This document shows positions 11,743 to 24,635 of a stretch of DNA of 64,000 nt, piece by piece. The position numbers were made by a program, and so were the translations under genes. Numbering within the stretch: the stretch's first letter is position 1; every line of letters begins with the position of its first letter. Source of the DNA: Octopus sinensis. Taxonomy: Eukaryota. The notes beneath the pieces were generated by a model that saw nothing but the letters and a program-made list of their open reading frames with translations, searched no databases and had not been told where the DNA came from. Where the stretch lies: assembly GCF_006345805.1 (NCBI RefSeq), contig NC_043004.1, forward strand, positions 9,920,001 through 9,984,000, written 5' to 3'.

Positions 11743-12318
11743 CATATATTTGTATGTATATGCATAAGCATGTATATATATATATGCGTATATATGAATG
11801 TATATGCGTACGTATGAGCGTGTGTACGGGTGTGTACGTGTGTGTACGTGTGTGTACGTGTGTGTGTGTGTCTGTGTGTCTGTGTATGTATATGTGACTA
11901 CGTGCTGCGTGCACAACCAGTAATCCAATGTGCTAACGTAGTTGTTTGTGCGCCGGCAAAGTGGCGAACATTTCAATTATAAGAACTAGATTGAACCAAT
12001 AAGGAGGCACATCACTGATATAGATTTGTGGAATTTCTTACCTGATTTCTTTCTTAATAGGAAGTTCTGCGACTGACAACATCTGTGGTCTGAAATTTCT
12101 CTGAAAATTTGATGCAAACAAAGAGTTTAGCCCAGTGTGTATAAGGAATTATCAATATATAATATCTGTTATGTAGGAAGATGACAAAATCACATCTTTG
12201 ATGATAAACTGTGGCTATATTAAGAAGTGTGAGCTGTTCTCAGAAACTGGCTTGGTACTAATAATGCTTTGGTTCATAGCTGAATAATTTTGTTTTTGTT
12301 GATAATGATTAACAATTG

Positions 12319-12764
12319 GGTGCAGATGTGGCTGTTCGGTTAGAAAGCTTGCTTACCAGCCAAGTGGTCTTGGGTTCAATCCATCTGCGTGGCACACCTT
12401 GGACAAGTGTCTTCTTTAGGAAACATTTTTTCACGCTGAGAGTTGCTGAAGCATGGAACAAACTGCCGGCATCAGTTGTTAGTTGTCGGAGCACTGCATC
12501 CTTCAAAACTTCCATGCTTTCTGAGATTCACCAACACTACACCTGATTTTCTCCCCTCCATACGCACGCAAGCATGTATCTGACTCATACATTGTTCGCT
12601 TTCCAGACATTTGTACATTACTGCATATACTTTATACGCACTTTCTGACAAGTTGTGGTGCACCTGAGCACTGTATACAATAATTTCATTATTATTACTG
12701 TAAACCCCGGGCTGGCCAAAGCCTTGTGAGTAGATTTGATAGACAGAAACTGAAAGTAGCATGT

Positions 12765-12829
<65 letters not shown>

Positions 12830-13250
12830 ACACACACACACACACACATACACACACACACACTCACACACACACACACACACACGCGCACGTACACACA
12901 TACACACATTTATACATGCATACACACACGCATATATATGCATATTTATACATACATACGTACACACATACACTTATATGTATATGTGCGTATGTGACTG
13001 TGTGACGACTCTGTGTGTGACTCTGTGTGTGTATGTGTGATTGTGCTTGAGCTATGTTTGTCCCCCACCACTGCCTGACAACCGAAGTTGGTTTGTTTAC
13101 GTCCCTGTCACTTAACGGTTCGGCAAAAGAGCGCAATGGAACGAGTGCCGTGCTTGAAAATGTCATAGTGCCGATTTAACGAAACCTTTTAAGGCGGTAC
13201 CACAGTATGGCCACAGTCCAATGAATGAAACAAGTGACACAGAAAAGATA
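12319..13250 (+). mobile_element. SINE family A interrupted by a CR1 3' fragment and expanded (CA)n
   Basis: Head with A/B-box-like motifs to 12415; resumes at 12697 (ACTGTAAACCCCGGGC...); internal microsatellite; tail to ~13250. Confidence 0.8.
12416..12696 (+). mobile_element. CR1/L2-type LINE 3' end
   Basis: Encodes RKHFFTLRVAEAWNKLPASVVSCRSTASFK, a typical CR1 ORF2 C-terminus, then a 3' UTR ending in an (ATT)n tail. Confidence 0.8.
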
Positions 13251-13254
13251 GATA

Positions 13255-13349
13255 GAAAGATAGAGCAGAAGGGATGGATGGATGGAGGGAGGGAGGGAGA
13301 GAGAAAATAGAGAAAGAGAGTGGGAAAGGCAGAGAGATGTAGAGGGACA

Positions 13350-13386
<37 letters not shown>

Positions 13387-13490
13387 TGAAGGAGAAGTTA
13401 GAGAGAGAAAGAGAAAGGTAAAGAGATAGAGAGAGCGGTAGAAAGAGAGAGAGAGAGAGAGAGAGAGGTAGAGAGACAGAGAGTATATAG
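13255..13490. repeat. (AG)n-rich purine tract
   Basis: Directly visible. Confidence 0.85.
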
Positions 13491-13659
13491 TACGTCTGTG
13501 AGCAGATTGGGTGTGTTTGCAGGCGACATCATGTTAATAAGAGTTTCAAATTTTGGTAACAAGGCCATAGAATTTTACGAGGTTGGGCGAGCGTCAGTCG
13601 ATGTCATCGACCTCAGTTCTTCACTGGTACTTTAAAGAATGTACCAATCCTATACACAA

Positions 13660-14100
13660 GCCGATTGTTGTTGTTGTTGTTGTTTGTTGTTGTTCTTCTT
13701 CTTCTTCTTCTTCCCTCCCTCCCTCCCTCCCTCCCTCCCTCACTCATTCACTCCTCTGTCTTCTTCTCTTCTTCCCTCCCTCCCTCCTTCTTCTTTTTTT
13801 TTCTTTTTTTTCTTCTTCTATTTCTTCTTCTTCTTCTTCTTCTTCTTCTTCCCCCCTCCTCCCCCTCCTCACACTCACTTACTCACTCACTTACTCCTCT
13901 GGCTTCTTCTTCTTCTTCTTCCTCCTCCTCCCGCCTTCCCCTCCCTCCCTCCCTCCCTCCCTCCCTCCCTCCCTCCTCTCTCTTCTTCTTCTTCTTCTCT
14001 GTTGCTCCTGCTCCTCCTCCTCTATCTCTCACCGTCTCTTCTTCTTCTTCTTCTTCTTCTTCTTCTTCTTCTTTGTCTCCCCCCCCCATTCTCCTCTCCT
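13660..14100. repeat. Compound (GTT)n/(CTT)n/(CCCT)n pyrimidine tract
   Basis: Directly visible. Confidence 0.9.
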
Positions 14101-15081
14101 TCTCTGGATTGACCTGTAGAGATATGAACTCGGCTAGGTCTGAAAAATACCCAAAACACGCCGTAGTACGTCACGACGACGCCCTTGCGATTCCATTAGG
14201 AGTTGAGGTCCCGCGGCGAGGAATGCCAAATATATACACACATATGCACAACCCTTAAAGTTCACATATAATATCAATATAATATAAACATTTCATTTGA
14301 TTAATATGCATTTTATTCAAAGTTACCCAATTGAAATAAAATTACATTAGCATTTTTCAAACTTCATAATTACTTCTCAGTTCATCTCAAAGCGCCCTTT
14401 TGAAATTACATTTCTGTATTTCAGAAATAATTCTCTGACTGTTTTGCTTGCTTGGGATTACATACTTCAATATTCTCACTTATTTTCAACACTTTTAGAA
14501 ATTTCAGAGTTGTTTACCATCTCGTCCTCTGTCACCATAGAGTTATTTGTTTTGCTTTCCATTTCTTTAGAGTTTTAACACCTCCAGATGTTCACCATAC
14601 ATTTGTATGTGTCTATAATCTGATTGTTTCATATTTATTCTTAAACGTGACTTCTACCCTCGTCAAAAATGATAGCGGTTTTAAATATTAATCAATACTG
14701 TTTCCTATGGGGAATTTAGCAGGCGATAAATGTTATTTTTCTAAAATGAAAATGCCAGAAATATTACACCTATATCACACAACAGAAATATAATGTGGTA
14801 TACTTCCTGATAATTTTACAAAATGAACAGAGGGCGCTTGACAGAGACACGATTGAGAGCGACTGGTCTATATTGTTCAAACATTTCGATCAGTTGATTA
14901 TTTTATAGTTATTTCCTTTGCATTATTATTTTCAGATTTTGAACACACCGCGGGGCAATTTTTATTGCGTGAATTATCTCAGATGATCGAAGTCTTTCAA
15001 CTCTATTACATATGTGAGACTCTACTATATGAGTAGTTATTATGTAAAACTCTCCTCAGAACCATTAGATTCCTGTATTCT

Positions 15082-15812
15082 TTTATTCTTTTAGTCTTTT
15101 ACTTGTTTCAGTCATTTGACTGCAGCCATACTGGAGCACCGCCTTAAAAGGTTTTTTTTTTAGTCGATGAAATCGACCCCAGGACTTATTCTTTCTAAGC
15201 TCAGTACTTATTCTATCGGACTCTTTTGCCGAACTGCTAAGTTACAGGAACGTAAACATACCAACATCGGTTGTCAAGCGATGGAGAGGAGTAAACACAG
15301 ACACACACACACACACCACACACACACACACACACCACACACACACATACACACACACACACACACACATCATAGACTCTCCTGTCGTTAGACGACGTAT
15401 GAGGGTTCGGCAACTTCTTGCCGAACAACCACGCAAATGATTTATTTATAGTGATCAAATGTTTGTGTAGACATAAGCTCACTCCCTCCATTAAATCGAC
15501 ATTACCTGTTCAGGTGTAAATGGGTGCCACATGTCAGACGAGGAAATGATAGCAGAGCAACGTGAAATGAAGTGCTTTGCTCAAGAACATAAAGCTAGCC
15601 CGATCTGGGAATCGAACCCACAATCTCACAATCGTGAGAGCAACATCCTAATCACTAAGCCATGCACCTTATATATATACGACAGGCTTCTTTCAGTTTC
15701 TGTCTACTAAATCCACTCACAAGGCTATGGTCGGTCGGCCTGAGGCTGTAGTAAAAGTCACTAGCCCAAGGTGCTACGCAGTGGGACAGAACTAGGAAAT
15801 ATGTGGTTTGGA
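15082..15812 (-). mobile_element. SINE family A with nested family C copy
   Basis: Tail 15082-15300 and head 15675-15812 on the minus strand, separated by (CA)n and a C element. Confidence 0.8.
15388..15672 (-). mobile_element. SINE family C (tRNA-derived)
   Basis: Reverse complement begins AAGGTGCATGGCTTAGTGATTAGG...GGGTTCGATTCCC (A and B boxes); body homologous to 22212-22478. Confidence 0.75.
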
Positions 15813-15827
15813 AGCAGGCTTCTAATG

Positions 15828-15954
<127 letters not shown>

Positions 15955-15989
15955 ATGTCTGTCTGTCTATCTATCTATCTGTTTGTTTA

Positions 15990-16100
15990 CGAGGGGGTGC
16001 TGAAAAGTTCCTGGCTTTAAGCGTATCACTAAGGCCTGATGGAGGTCCAACATTCCGAGTTCTTTTATAGGGCTTACAAAAACTAAAGGACCGCTGCAGT
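15990..16100. mobile_element. Mariner-type MITE, one end
   Basis: TA followed by CGAGGGGGTGCTGAAAAGTTCCTGGC, the same TIR as 53970 and 58251. Confidence 0.7.
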
Positions 16101-16126
16101 TATAAAGAATGAAGACTTATTGCTGC

Positions 16127-16342
16127 AAGGCGGCAAGCTGGTGGAATCGTTGCACGCTGGACAAAATGCTTAGCAGTATTTCTTCCCACTTTACATTCTG
16201 AGCTCAAATTCCGCCGAGGCCGGTTTTGCCTCTTTATCATTTCGGCGTCGATAAAATAAGTACCAGTTGAGCACTGAGGTGGATGTCACTGACAAAGCCT
16301 TGCCTCCGAAACTGCTGGCATTGTGCCAAAATTTGAAACCAA
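16127..16342 (+). mobile_element. SINE family B
   Basis: AAGGCGGCAAGCTGG head, GAGCTCAAATTCCGCCGAGG B-box region, GTCGATAAAATAAGTACCAG body. Confidence 0.8.
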
Positions 16343-17023
16343 TATCAAAATATTGAAGAGTAGTATCATCTATAAAGGAAAATGGAAGTTAGAGAAAAGA
16401 GTAGGAAGGTCATTAATGAATATAAATAAGGGGGTAGGAAATACAACCTAACTTTGGCTTGAGGTGTAGCATAGTTGACAGAATGCTTATAGAGCGAAAT
16501 CCGCCACTAGATACTGTGACAAAGTGATCTAGTAAGATCTGGTCTAGGATCACGGTATCCGGGGAGCTCGTTTTTTAAACCGTTGGTTGTGATTTGAGGG
16601 AGTTTTTGCTGGTATTTCTAACAAGCTGGTAGACTTCATAGGGATCATTTCATAAGTTCCGGCAGGGAAGGAGAACTAATGCAACCCATATGTATGTAAC
16701 TTACCTAGTTTCAAGAAATATCAGGTACAGTTGAAGTAGTTGCAACGAAGAGTTCAAGATCGTGAAATAACTGGACGTGACATAGAAGAGTGAGTCGTCT
16801 GATGATTTGGTCTACAGAAACCATTTTGTGGTCAGTGAAGACGGAAAAATGACTAGGAATAAGTAAGTTTTACGATGTTTCAAGACTGTTTACTCCCTAT
16901 TAATAATGCTGGAAGTGAGAGAAATGGAATAGTTGCTAGCAGGTCATGATGGTTGTTTTTCGTATGAATGATAGTGGTGAATGGTTTTATAGATTGGTGT
17001 GGATCTCCGAAGACATACATACA

Positions 17024-17054
<31 letters not shown>

Positions 17055-17386
17055 CATGCATGTATATATATATATACATATGTGTGAAAGAATATACATT
17101 ATATATATGTATATATATATATGTGTGTGTGTATATGTATATATATATATAATATTATATATATATGATTGAAAAAATTTGGTACGGTTGGACATTTATT
17201 CTCAAACACTACAATTGTTTCTGCGCAACGTAGTTCTCCAGGCATGCAGATACTTGATTATGTAACCGTTTCCCTGCATTGGACGAGCTTTGTACTGTAT
17301 TCTACTACATCCTTAACGAATATATTGTATTCTATTGTATTCTACTACGTCCTAAATAAAATAGACATGAATTACAAGCAGCGCTA

Positions 17387-17612
17387 GTGTTGTAAACATT
17401 ATCGACCACACATACTGTATGCGTTATGCATGTTCTTCGGTAGACTGTAGTTTTAGCGTGGTGGGGATGACTCCCTCAAAGTGCCGGGTGTTAAAATACC
17501 TTAGTCATAGGCAGGTGAGACAACATGACCCCATCGTGTCAGACTGCAGCCTGCCGACGAACAAGTGAAGCGCATACATTGAGTATGTGTGGTCGATAAT
17601 GTTTACACACAC
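17387..17612. mobile_element. Fold-back/MITE-like element with long inverted arms
   Basis: Perfect 26-bp IR 17391-17416 / 17582-17607 plus an imperfect inner extension; no TSD recognised. Confidence 0.45.
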
Positions 17613-18061
17613 AAATGTACACCCACACAAATATATGAACACGCATACATACATATGTACACGTGCGCACATGCATATGTATGCACACACACATTGACAC
17701 ATGCACACACGCGCACACAAACACGCACACACACGGACACTTATATAAACAGAGAGAAGGAGAAATTGAAGATGTGAATGCGCATAAGAGCTAGCTCTGT
17801 AATGCAGGCATGAAACCAGCATCTGTGAGGACCACTCCCTTTTTTGGGATAGAGTGATCGGATCAAGTTTCACTCTCACTTTACATATGTGTTGGTGAAA
17901 TAGATGGTATGAAAGAGAGTTTGAAAATAGTTTTGTATAGTTACAAGTAAAAGAATAAGAAAAATATAGTAGACTCACTTGCATGACTATCATATAGTTA
18001 CCCCAGCTGGTGGCTAAAAAAGATTTTTCAAATTTTGGCAATATAAAAAAAAAAGGTCGAG

Positions 18062-19040
18062 CGGGTTCAGTCCCACTTCGTGGCACCTTGGGTAAGTGTC
18101 TTCTACTATAGCCTCGGGCCAACCAAAGCCTTGTGAGTGGATTTGGTAGACAGAAACTGAAAGAAGCCCGTCGTATATATGTATTTATATATATACTAGC
18201 AGCATAGCCCGGCGTTGCCCGGGTATGTAGAGCCCTAGTAGGCAACGACTAATCCCAATCGAGTCCTTTCCCTCTAGGGAACGAAGGCGCATGTGTAGGT
18301 TGCAATGTCTTCTCTTCACTCCCAAATAACTATCAAACAGCTATCGATAATTCAACCCAACCAATTCCTACCAGGAAGAAATTACATTCGAGACTTTATC
18401 CCCAACAGCCGCAAGTTATTCGAATACTTTTTTTGTTTACACTTTCTTTATAACTACCACCCCAAACGTTTTACCTTAAATTTTTGACGTACCCTAAGGG
18501 TCCGCGGACGCTACTTGCAAACTCTTGGTTATTATAAACCGCTTTTGTCGTGTCGTGTCATCAAAACCTTTTCCATTCGTTTGTTCAGTTTGGTCACTTT
18601 TGACTTTTTCGTTGTTGTCACTCACATTGCTGCCCGCTTTTTTGCCGTTTTTGTACATTTTTATACATTTTGGGATACTTACCACACGTGTTCCGAGAGT
18701 TAAAAAGGTCGAGTTGCGTCCCCTAGACAGTCTGTAGAAAATGTGTTGCATATAAAAAGCTTAGATTCTCGACCCATGTCGAATTTATCGATTTTTTTTC
18801 AGAACTGGGGGAACTTTTCAAAATTTTCGCTGCGTTAGTTTTGAATTATGACATTGGGCTATGTGTGTGTCAAGTTTCATCAGCATTGGTTAAAAGCCGT
18901 GGTCAGGGTGAGGGTACAACATGACAGACACACAGACACACAGACAGACAAACTGTCGTTTATATATAGAGAGATGTATGTGTGTGTATACGTTTGTGTG
19001 TCTGTGTTTGTTCTCCCAACATCGCTTGACAACCGATGGT
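18062..19040 (+). mobile_element. SINE family A split by a Helitron
   Basis: Head 18062-18180, TA tract, Helitron, then the body resumes at ~18975 (GTGTCTGTGTTTGTTCTCCCAACATCGCTTGACAACCGATG). Confidence 0.75.
18196..18974 (-). mobile_element. Non-autonomous Helitron
   Basis: Minus-strand 3' CTAG (18196-18199) with hairpin CCCGGCGTTGCCCGGG at 18208-18223; 5' TCTCTCTATATATAAAC at ~18974; A/T insertion context. Confidence 0.85.
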
Positions 19041-19044
19041 GGTT

Positions 19045-19158
19045 TGGTTGGTCGGCCCGAGGCTATAGTAGAAGACACTTGCCCAAGGTACTACGCAGTG
19101 GGACTGAACTTGGAACCATGTGGTTCGTAAACAAGCTACTTACCACACAGCCAATCCT
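19045..19158 (-). mobile_element. SINE family A head
   Basis: Reverse complement of the A head (GCTACTTACCACACAGCC). Confidence 0.8.
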
Positions 19159-19165
19159 ACGTCTC

Positions 19166-19201
<36 letters not shown>

Positions 19202-19386
19202 TATATATATATATGTATATATGTGTGTGTGTGTGCGTGTGTGTGAGTGGGGGTGAGCACGTGCAGAGGTGGGTACAGAAATTGATATAATTATATTTAT
19301 ACATATACAGACACACGTATATAGTGAACGCACCTAATACACACACACACACACACACACGCAGACACACATATATATATGTATGC

Positions 19387-19423
<37 letters not shown>

Positions 19424-20092
19424 CCACATACGCACACACACACACACACATACACACCGTCGAAGGCATTTTGAAGAGATTGAATATATATTCATTATTC
19501 CTGATAACCCCATGACGCGTTACAACCTGTAACACGGTGTTGGAGACAAAAAACAACGAGGTAAATAATAAACATACTCATGTCTCTGTTACATCCATTC
19601 TAGGATTTGAACTCACGGCTTCATGGATATGAGACTACTAGCAAATGTATGACACCAATGAGCTGCTAACCGAACCAACAGTCATGGTTAGCTAAATTAT
19701 TTACCGCCAGGTGGAGCTGAGTGTTACAGTGCATGTTCTCCAGTGCCATGATGACGATTCAGCGTAATTTTTCATTCTTCATTCTCTTTCCTCCCTTCCT
19801 TCCTTCTTCCTCTGTCACCCTCTCCCCCCGGTGTCCTTCAGCCCTTCCCACCAACTCTTAGCCCTACTGCTCACATGTTCCCCTTTCACCACGCCCGGCC
19901 TCACCAGTTGTCTTGCACTCATCACTGATCTCTCGCAAACATTTGCCAGTTGCAGTGACCAGTACATATTTGGCGCGGAGCCAACTTGCAATCAGTCGCT
20001 GTTAAGTTTGCAATCAAGAGCTGGAAAGTCTCCTATTGTGGTCTTCTTGCTCCACACATCCAATCACACACACACACACACACACACACAGA

Positions 20093-20221
20093 GTTACACT
20101 AACTCGCACACACACACGCACACACCTAATTACACTAACTCACACACATACACACTTTCGCTTGGCCGCACACAAAAGCGCACACACACACACACACACA
20201 CTCACTCACTCAGTCCACTCA

Positions 20222-20256
<35 letters not shown>

Positions 20257-20499
20257 ACACTAACTCGCACACACGCACACACACCTAATTACACTAACTC
20301 ACACACATACACACTTTCGCTTGGCCGCACACAAAAGCGCACACACACACACACACACTCACTCACTCAGTCCACTCACTCACACACACACACACACACA
20401 CACACAGTTACACTAACTCGCACACACGCACACACACGCACACACACCTAATTACACTAACTCACACACATACACACTTTCGCTTGGTCGCACACAAAA

Positions 20500-20537
<38 letters not shown>

Positions 20538-20558
20538 TCACTCAGTCCACTCACAACA

Positions 20559-20598
<40 letters not shown>

Positions 20599-20890
20599 AC
20601 ACTAACTCGCACACACACGCACACACACCTAATTACACTAACTCACACACATACACACTTTCGCTTGGCCGCACACAAAAACGCACACACACACACACAC
20701 ACACTCACTCACTCAGTCACTCACTCACACACACACATGCACACACCCAGTTACACTGACTCACACACACACACAAACGTGCGCGCGCGCACACATACAC
20801 ACGCCTAATTACACTAACTCACATACATACACACAGAAACACGCACACATGCACACTTTCGCTTGGCCGCACACAAAAACGCACATAAAA
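20093..20890. repeat. ~155-190 bp higher-order minisatellite built on (CA)n
   Basis: Anchor GTTACACTAACTC at 20093, 20254, 20407, 20596 and (variant) 20750; each unit carries CACTTTCGCTTGGCCGCACACAAAA. Confidence 0.9.
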
Positions 20891-20918
20891 ACGCACATAC
20901 ACACTCACTTACTGACTC

Positions 20919-20949
<31 letters not shown>

Positions 20950-21889
20950 TTGTCGCGTATACATCCACATTCACGCATATCTTCACGCTCATATCTGACA
21001 TGTAGTTACAAATATTGATACACAAGCACTCGGACACACACATACACACACATATATATACACACATACATACATACATACATACATACATACATACATA
21101 CATACATACATACATACATACATACTCACGCCCCTCTCTCTCTGCCTTTTTAACACATGTTAAAGTCACATTCCTTATTGACCGGGATCTAATCACATAT
21201 CATTAGTTCTTCTTGTTGTTGTTGCCGTTGCTGCAGAAGCTTCTGTGTTCGTCATCTTACTACTATTATCATTTTCGTTGTTGTTGTTGTGATTGCCGCA
21301 GTCGCTGTAGCTATTGTTGATGTTGCTATAGCTGTTGTCACCGTTTTTGTTACGGCTGTTGTTATCGTTGTTGCTGTTGTTGTTGTTGCTTCGCTACACC
21401 TCTTGTTGGTCTTGTTATTGTCAGTATTATTTCTAATAGCAATATTATTACTGCAGATGTTGCTGTTATTGTTGCTGTTCTTACTGCAATTGTTATTTCT
21501 GTTCTTATTGATATCATTACCGCCATTGATAATGTTATTGACACTGTTGCTGTTTTGCCGTTGTTTTACTATTGTTGTTATTATTGCTGGTGCTCCTGTG
21601 TTGTATTATTGTTATTACAACGACTACTGCTGGTAATATCATGGCTACTTTCAATTACTTGGTATCTGAGCCGCTACTCTCTCTGAAGAAGGACATGCTT
21701 TCGAAACGTCAAATCAACATACTGTAATTGTAATTTATTTCTATCTACGAGTTTTTATGGATCAACTGTTGCCAACAAAGGCTGACATTCCTTCTATTCC
21801 AGATCTGACCTTAGTAAGACCAGTGGCGAAGTTAGAGTGTGCCACACAGGGCAGACCTTGAGTTTGCCACATCGGCCCCGCCCTTATGC

Positions 21890-22212
21890 AGACCGGTAGC
21901 GCTCCACGGTAGCACTTTCAGGGTAAGGACATTTGGAAATTATCCATGATAGTTCCCGACCGGATGGTCCTCAAGTTCGTTTTCTTCAATGGTCAGAGTC
22001 TCTACGAGAACGTCGTTGCACCTCCTCACCACTAATCCTCTACATATTGGCTCAATACGTAGAGGATTAGTGGCTGAATGGCTCAATTAGCCATGGTCGA
22101 CAATATCGAATGCTTTGGATTGATCCAAATTGATCAGTGTCCCACCGAAGCCAACTTTAGTCCCAGCCCTCTCTATGGCATATTGCATAATGATGGACTC
22201 TCCCGCCGAAGA
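21890..22212. mobile_element. Rearranged L1/Tx1-type RT fragments
   Basis: Minus strand encodes GGTLINLDQSKAFDIVDH (RT motif of Tx1 type); plus strand 21930-22055 resembles the NG...SPL.LYILA region. Confidence 0.6.
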
Positions 22213-22478
22213 CGATGTACAAGTGTTCAGTTGTTGCCGAACGACCTGCACAAATGATTTGTTTATAGTGATCAAATGTATGTGCTGTACATTAGCTCAC
22301 TCTGACCATAAAATCAATTTTGCCTGAACAGGTGCACTGTGTACCACGCTCCAGGCGTAGAGGTGATTGCAGGTCAACGTGAGATGAAGTGTTTTGCTCA
22401 AGAACACAACACACCACCCGGTCTAGGAAATGAAACGACGATCTCGCGATCGTGAGCACAGCCTCTTAGACACTAGGT
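22212..22478 (-). mobile_element. SINE family C
   Basis: Homologous to 15388-15672. Confidence 0.7.
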
Positions 22479-22496
22479 TATGCGTCCAATAGCATC

Positions 22497-22497
22497 G

Positions 22498-22549
<52 letters not shown>

Positions 22550-22550
22550 A

Positions 22551-22594
<44 letters not shown>

Positions 22595-22595
22595 A
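22497..22595. repeat. (ATG)n microsatellite
   Basis: Directly visible. Confidence 0.95.
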
Positions 22596-22600
22596 ATAAT

Positions 22601-22930
22601 CTCTAAAAGAAATGGAGAAACTTTCAAAATACAAAGACCTGGAAATAGAGGTAACCAGAATGTGGAATCTAAAAACAGAAACAATTCTTGTCATAGTAGG
22701 TGCATTAGGCATGATAAAAAAATATTCAGACAAATACATAACAAAAACACCAGGACTTACAAACACATATGACATGCAGAAAATTGCACTACTAGGCACT
22801 GCACACATCCTACGCAGAACACTCTCCATACAATAACCATCAGAGCATCACAACAAATCACAGCACATACCTAAGGCACACAGAGATGCGCTCGGTAGTG
22901 AAGAGAAAGCACGCTATAAAAATAAAACTA

Positions 22931-22933
<3 letters not shown>
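22601..22933 (+). mobile_element. R4/Dong-type RLE LINE, 3' end
   Basis: EKLSKYKDLEIEVTRMW...VIVGALG...QKIALLGTAHILRR is the restriction-like endonuclease C-terminus of R4-clade elements; short 3' UTR then (AAT)n. Confidence 0.85.
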
Positions 22934-23010
<77 letters not shown>

Positions 23011-23024
23011 TAATAATAATAATA

Positions 23025-23191
23025 AAGTCATGTGCTGTTTATCTTGATTTGAGATCATCATGTCACGCACATATGGTTGTGATGCATGTGCCTGGTGAAC
23101 TCTTATCAGATGGGTAATCATGATGGGTATATTGGACTTTGTATATTTGTACCCTAATGTCAGTTTGATGGCATGCGTTGCTCTCTCACTC
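23025..23191 (+). mobile_element. Family D ((AAT)n-anchored), truncated copy
   Basis: Shares the fixed right end GCATGC..TGCTCTCTCACTC+(AAT)n with the other D copies. Confidence 0.8.
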
Positions 23192-23220
23192 AATAATAAT
23201 AATAATGATAATGATGAAAG

Positions 23221-23310
<90 letters not shown>

Positions 23311-23316
23311 TAATAA

Positions 23317-23704
23317 TGATAGGGCTGCAGCAAATATTCTGCTCAATGCCACAGATTTGCTTGTCAATTGTTTGACCATAACCAGTTTAGTATGTCCCTT
23401 GGTAACTGACGATTTGTGCATCTCTGAGTATCAGAGCTATATGTTGAGAGGAATTCTTGGGGTTTGGATAATTCGCCGCTGGAAACATGGGTGGTTCGCT
23501 CAGCATCGAAGAAAATTCTAACTGGGCCCCACCTGCAAGGTCATGCGCTGTTTATCTTGATATGAGATCACGATGTGGTGCACGTATGGTTGTGATGTAT
23601 GTACCTGGTGTACCCATACCAGACGGGTAGTCATGATGGGTATACTGGGCTTCGTATATTTGTACCTCAGCGTCACTTTGATGGCATGCACTGCTCTCTC
23701 ACTC
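23317..23704 (+). mobile_element. Family D, near-full copy with internal deletion
   Basis: Collinear with 32273-32744. Confidence 0.8.
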
Positions 23705-24082
23705 AGTAATAATAATAATGACAATAATAATAATAATAATGTGTGTGTTTGTTTATGTCTGTATCTGTAATGTCATGTAATGTAGTAGGGTGAAATATTT
23801 AGTTATCATGGTAGTTTTAGTAGTCATACATCGTGACTTGGTGCATACGTATTCGGAAGTAAGAAGCAAATAAACAACAGACGAGAAAACAGAATCAGCT
23901 CGAAGCAAATACTTTGGAACCGCTGTTAAACAATCCTGAACAAAATAGTCGCTTGGAGCGGGTTGTGTTTGCTTGTTTGACAATTATTCCGATGATAGTT
24001 CCAAATATTAAAACTTCAAGTCACGATGTATATTTACTAGAAGTACTATACCTACACGCACCCGCACAAATATGTATATATA

Positions 24083-24179
<97 letters not shown>

Positions 24180-24563
24180 CATACATACAACATACATACA
24201 TACATACACTCTCTCTCTCACCCCACCCGCACACATATATAAAATTATATTCTAGATCTTTCTATTGTCGTTTATGGAAGTAAATATTATTTTCTTTCGT
24301 AGATGTTCTCTGCCGCTGTCAACAAGTCTTGTCAACTTGTATTCTCCGTTTATTGTTGTTTAATCGAGGAATATGAACACTTTCTTTGCTTCATTGAAGG
24401 TGTTGTCACACAATTGAATTTAACACCAAACAACCGGAAATGATAAAATAAATAAGAAAAAAAAAACAACAACAACAGAAAACGCAAGTGTTAAAGTCAC
24501 ACGAAACGTCATGCTAAAAATATTAATAAAAATTTATTGAAAAATTATTACTAATATTATTGA

Positions 24564-24635
<72 letters not shown>

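Noticed and set aside
14936-15013. Plus-strand candidate exon (DFEHTAGQFLLRELSQMIEVFQLYYI)
   Set aside because: Reasonable acceptor but weak donor context and an unrecognised peptide; expected by chance in 64 kb.
21678-21715. CTGAAGA...GAAACGTC hammerhead-like motif with a canonical core
   Set aside because: Helix II is weak and helix I has no partner (ctctct versus aaatc); at most a dead PLE-like terminus.
24303-24399. Plus-strand candidate exon after a strong acceptor
   Set aside because: Poor donor (GTGTTG) and no recognisable product.
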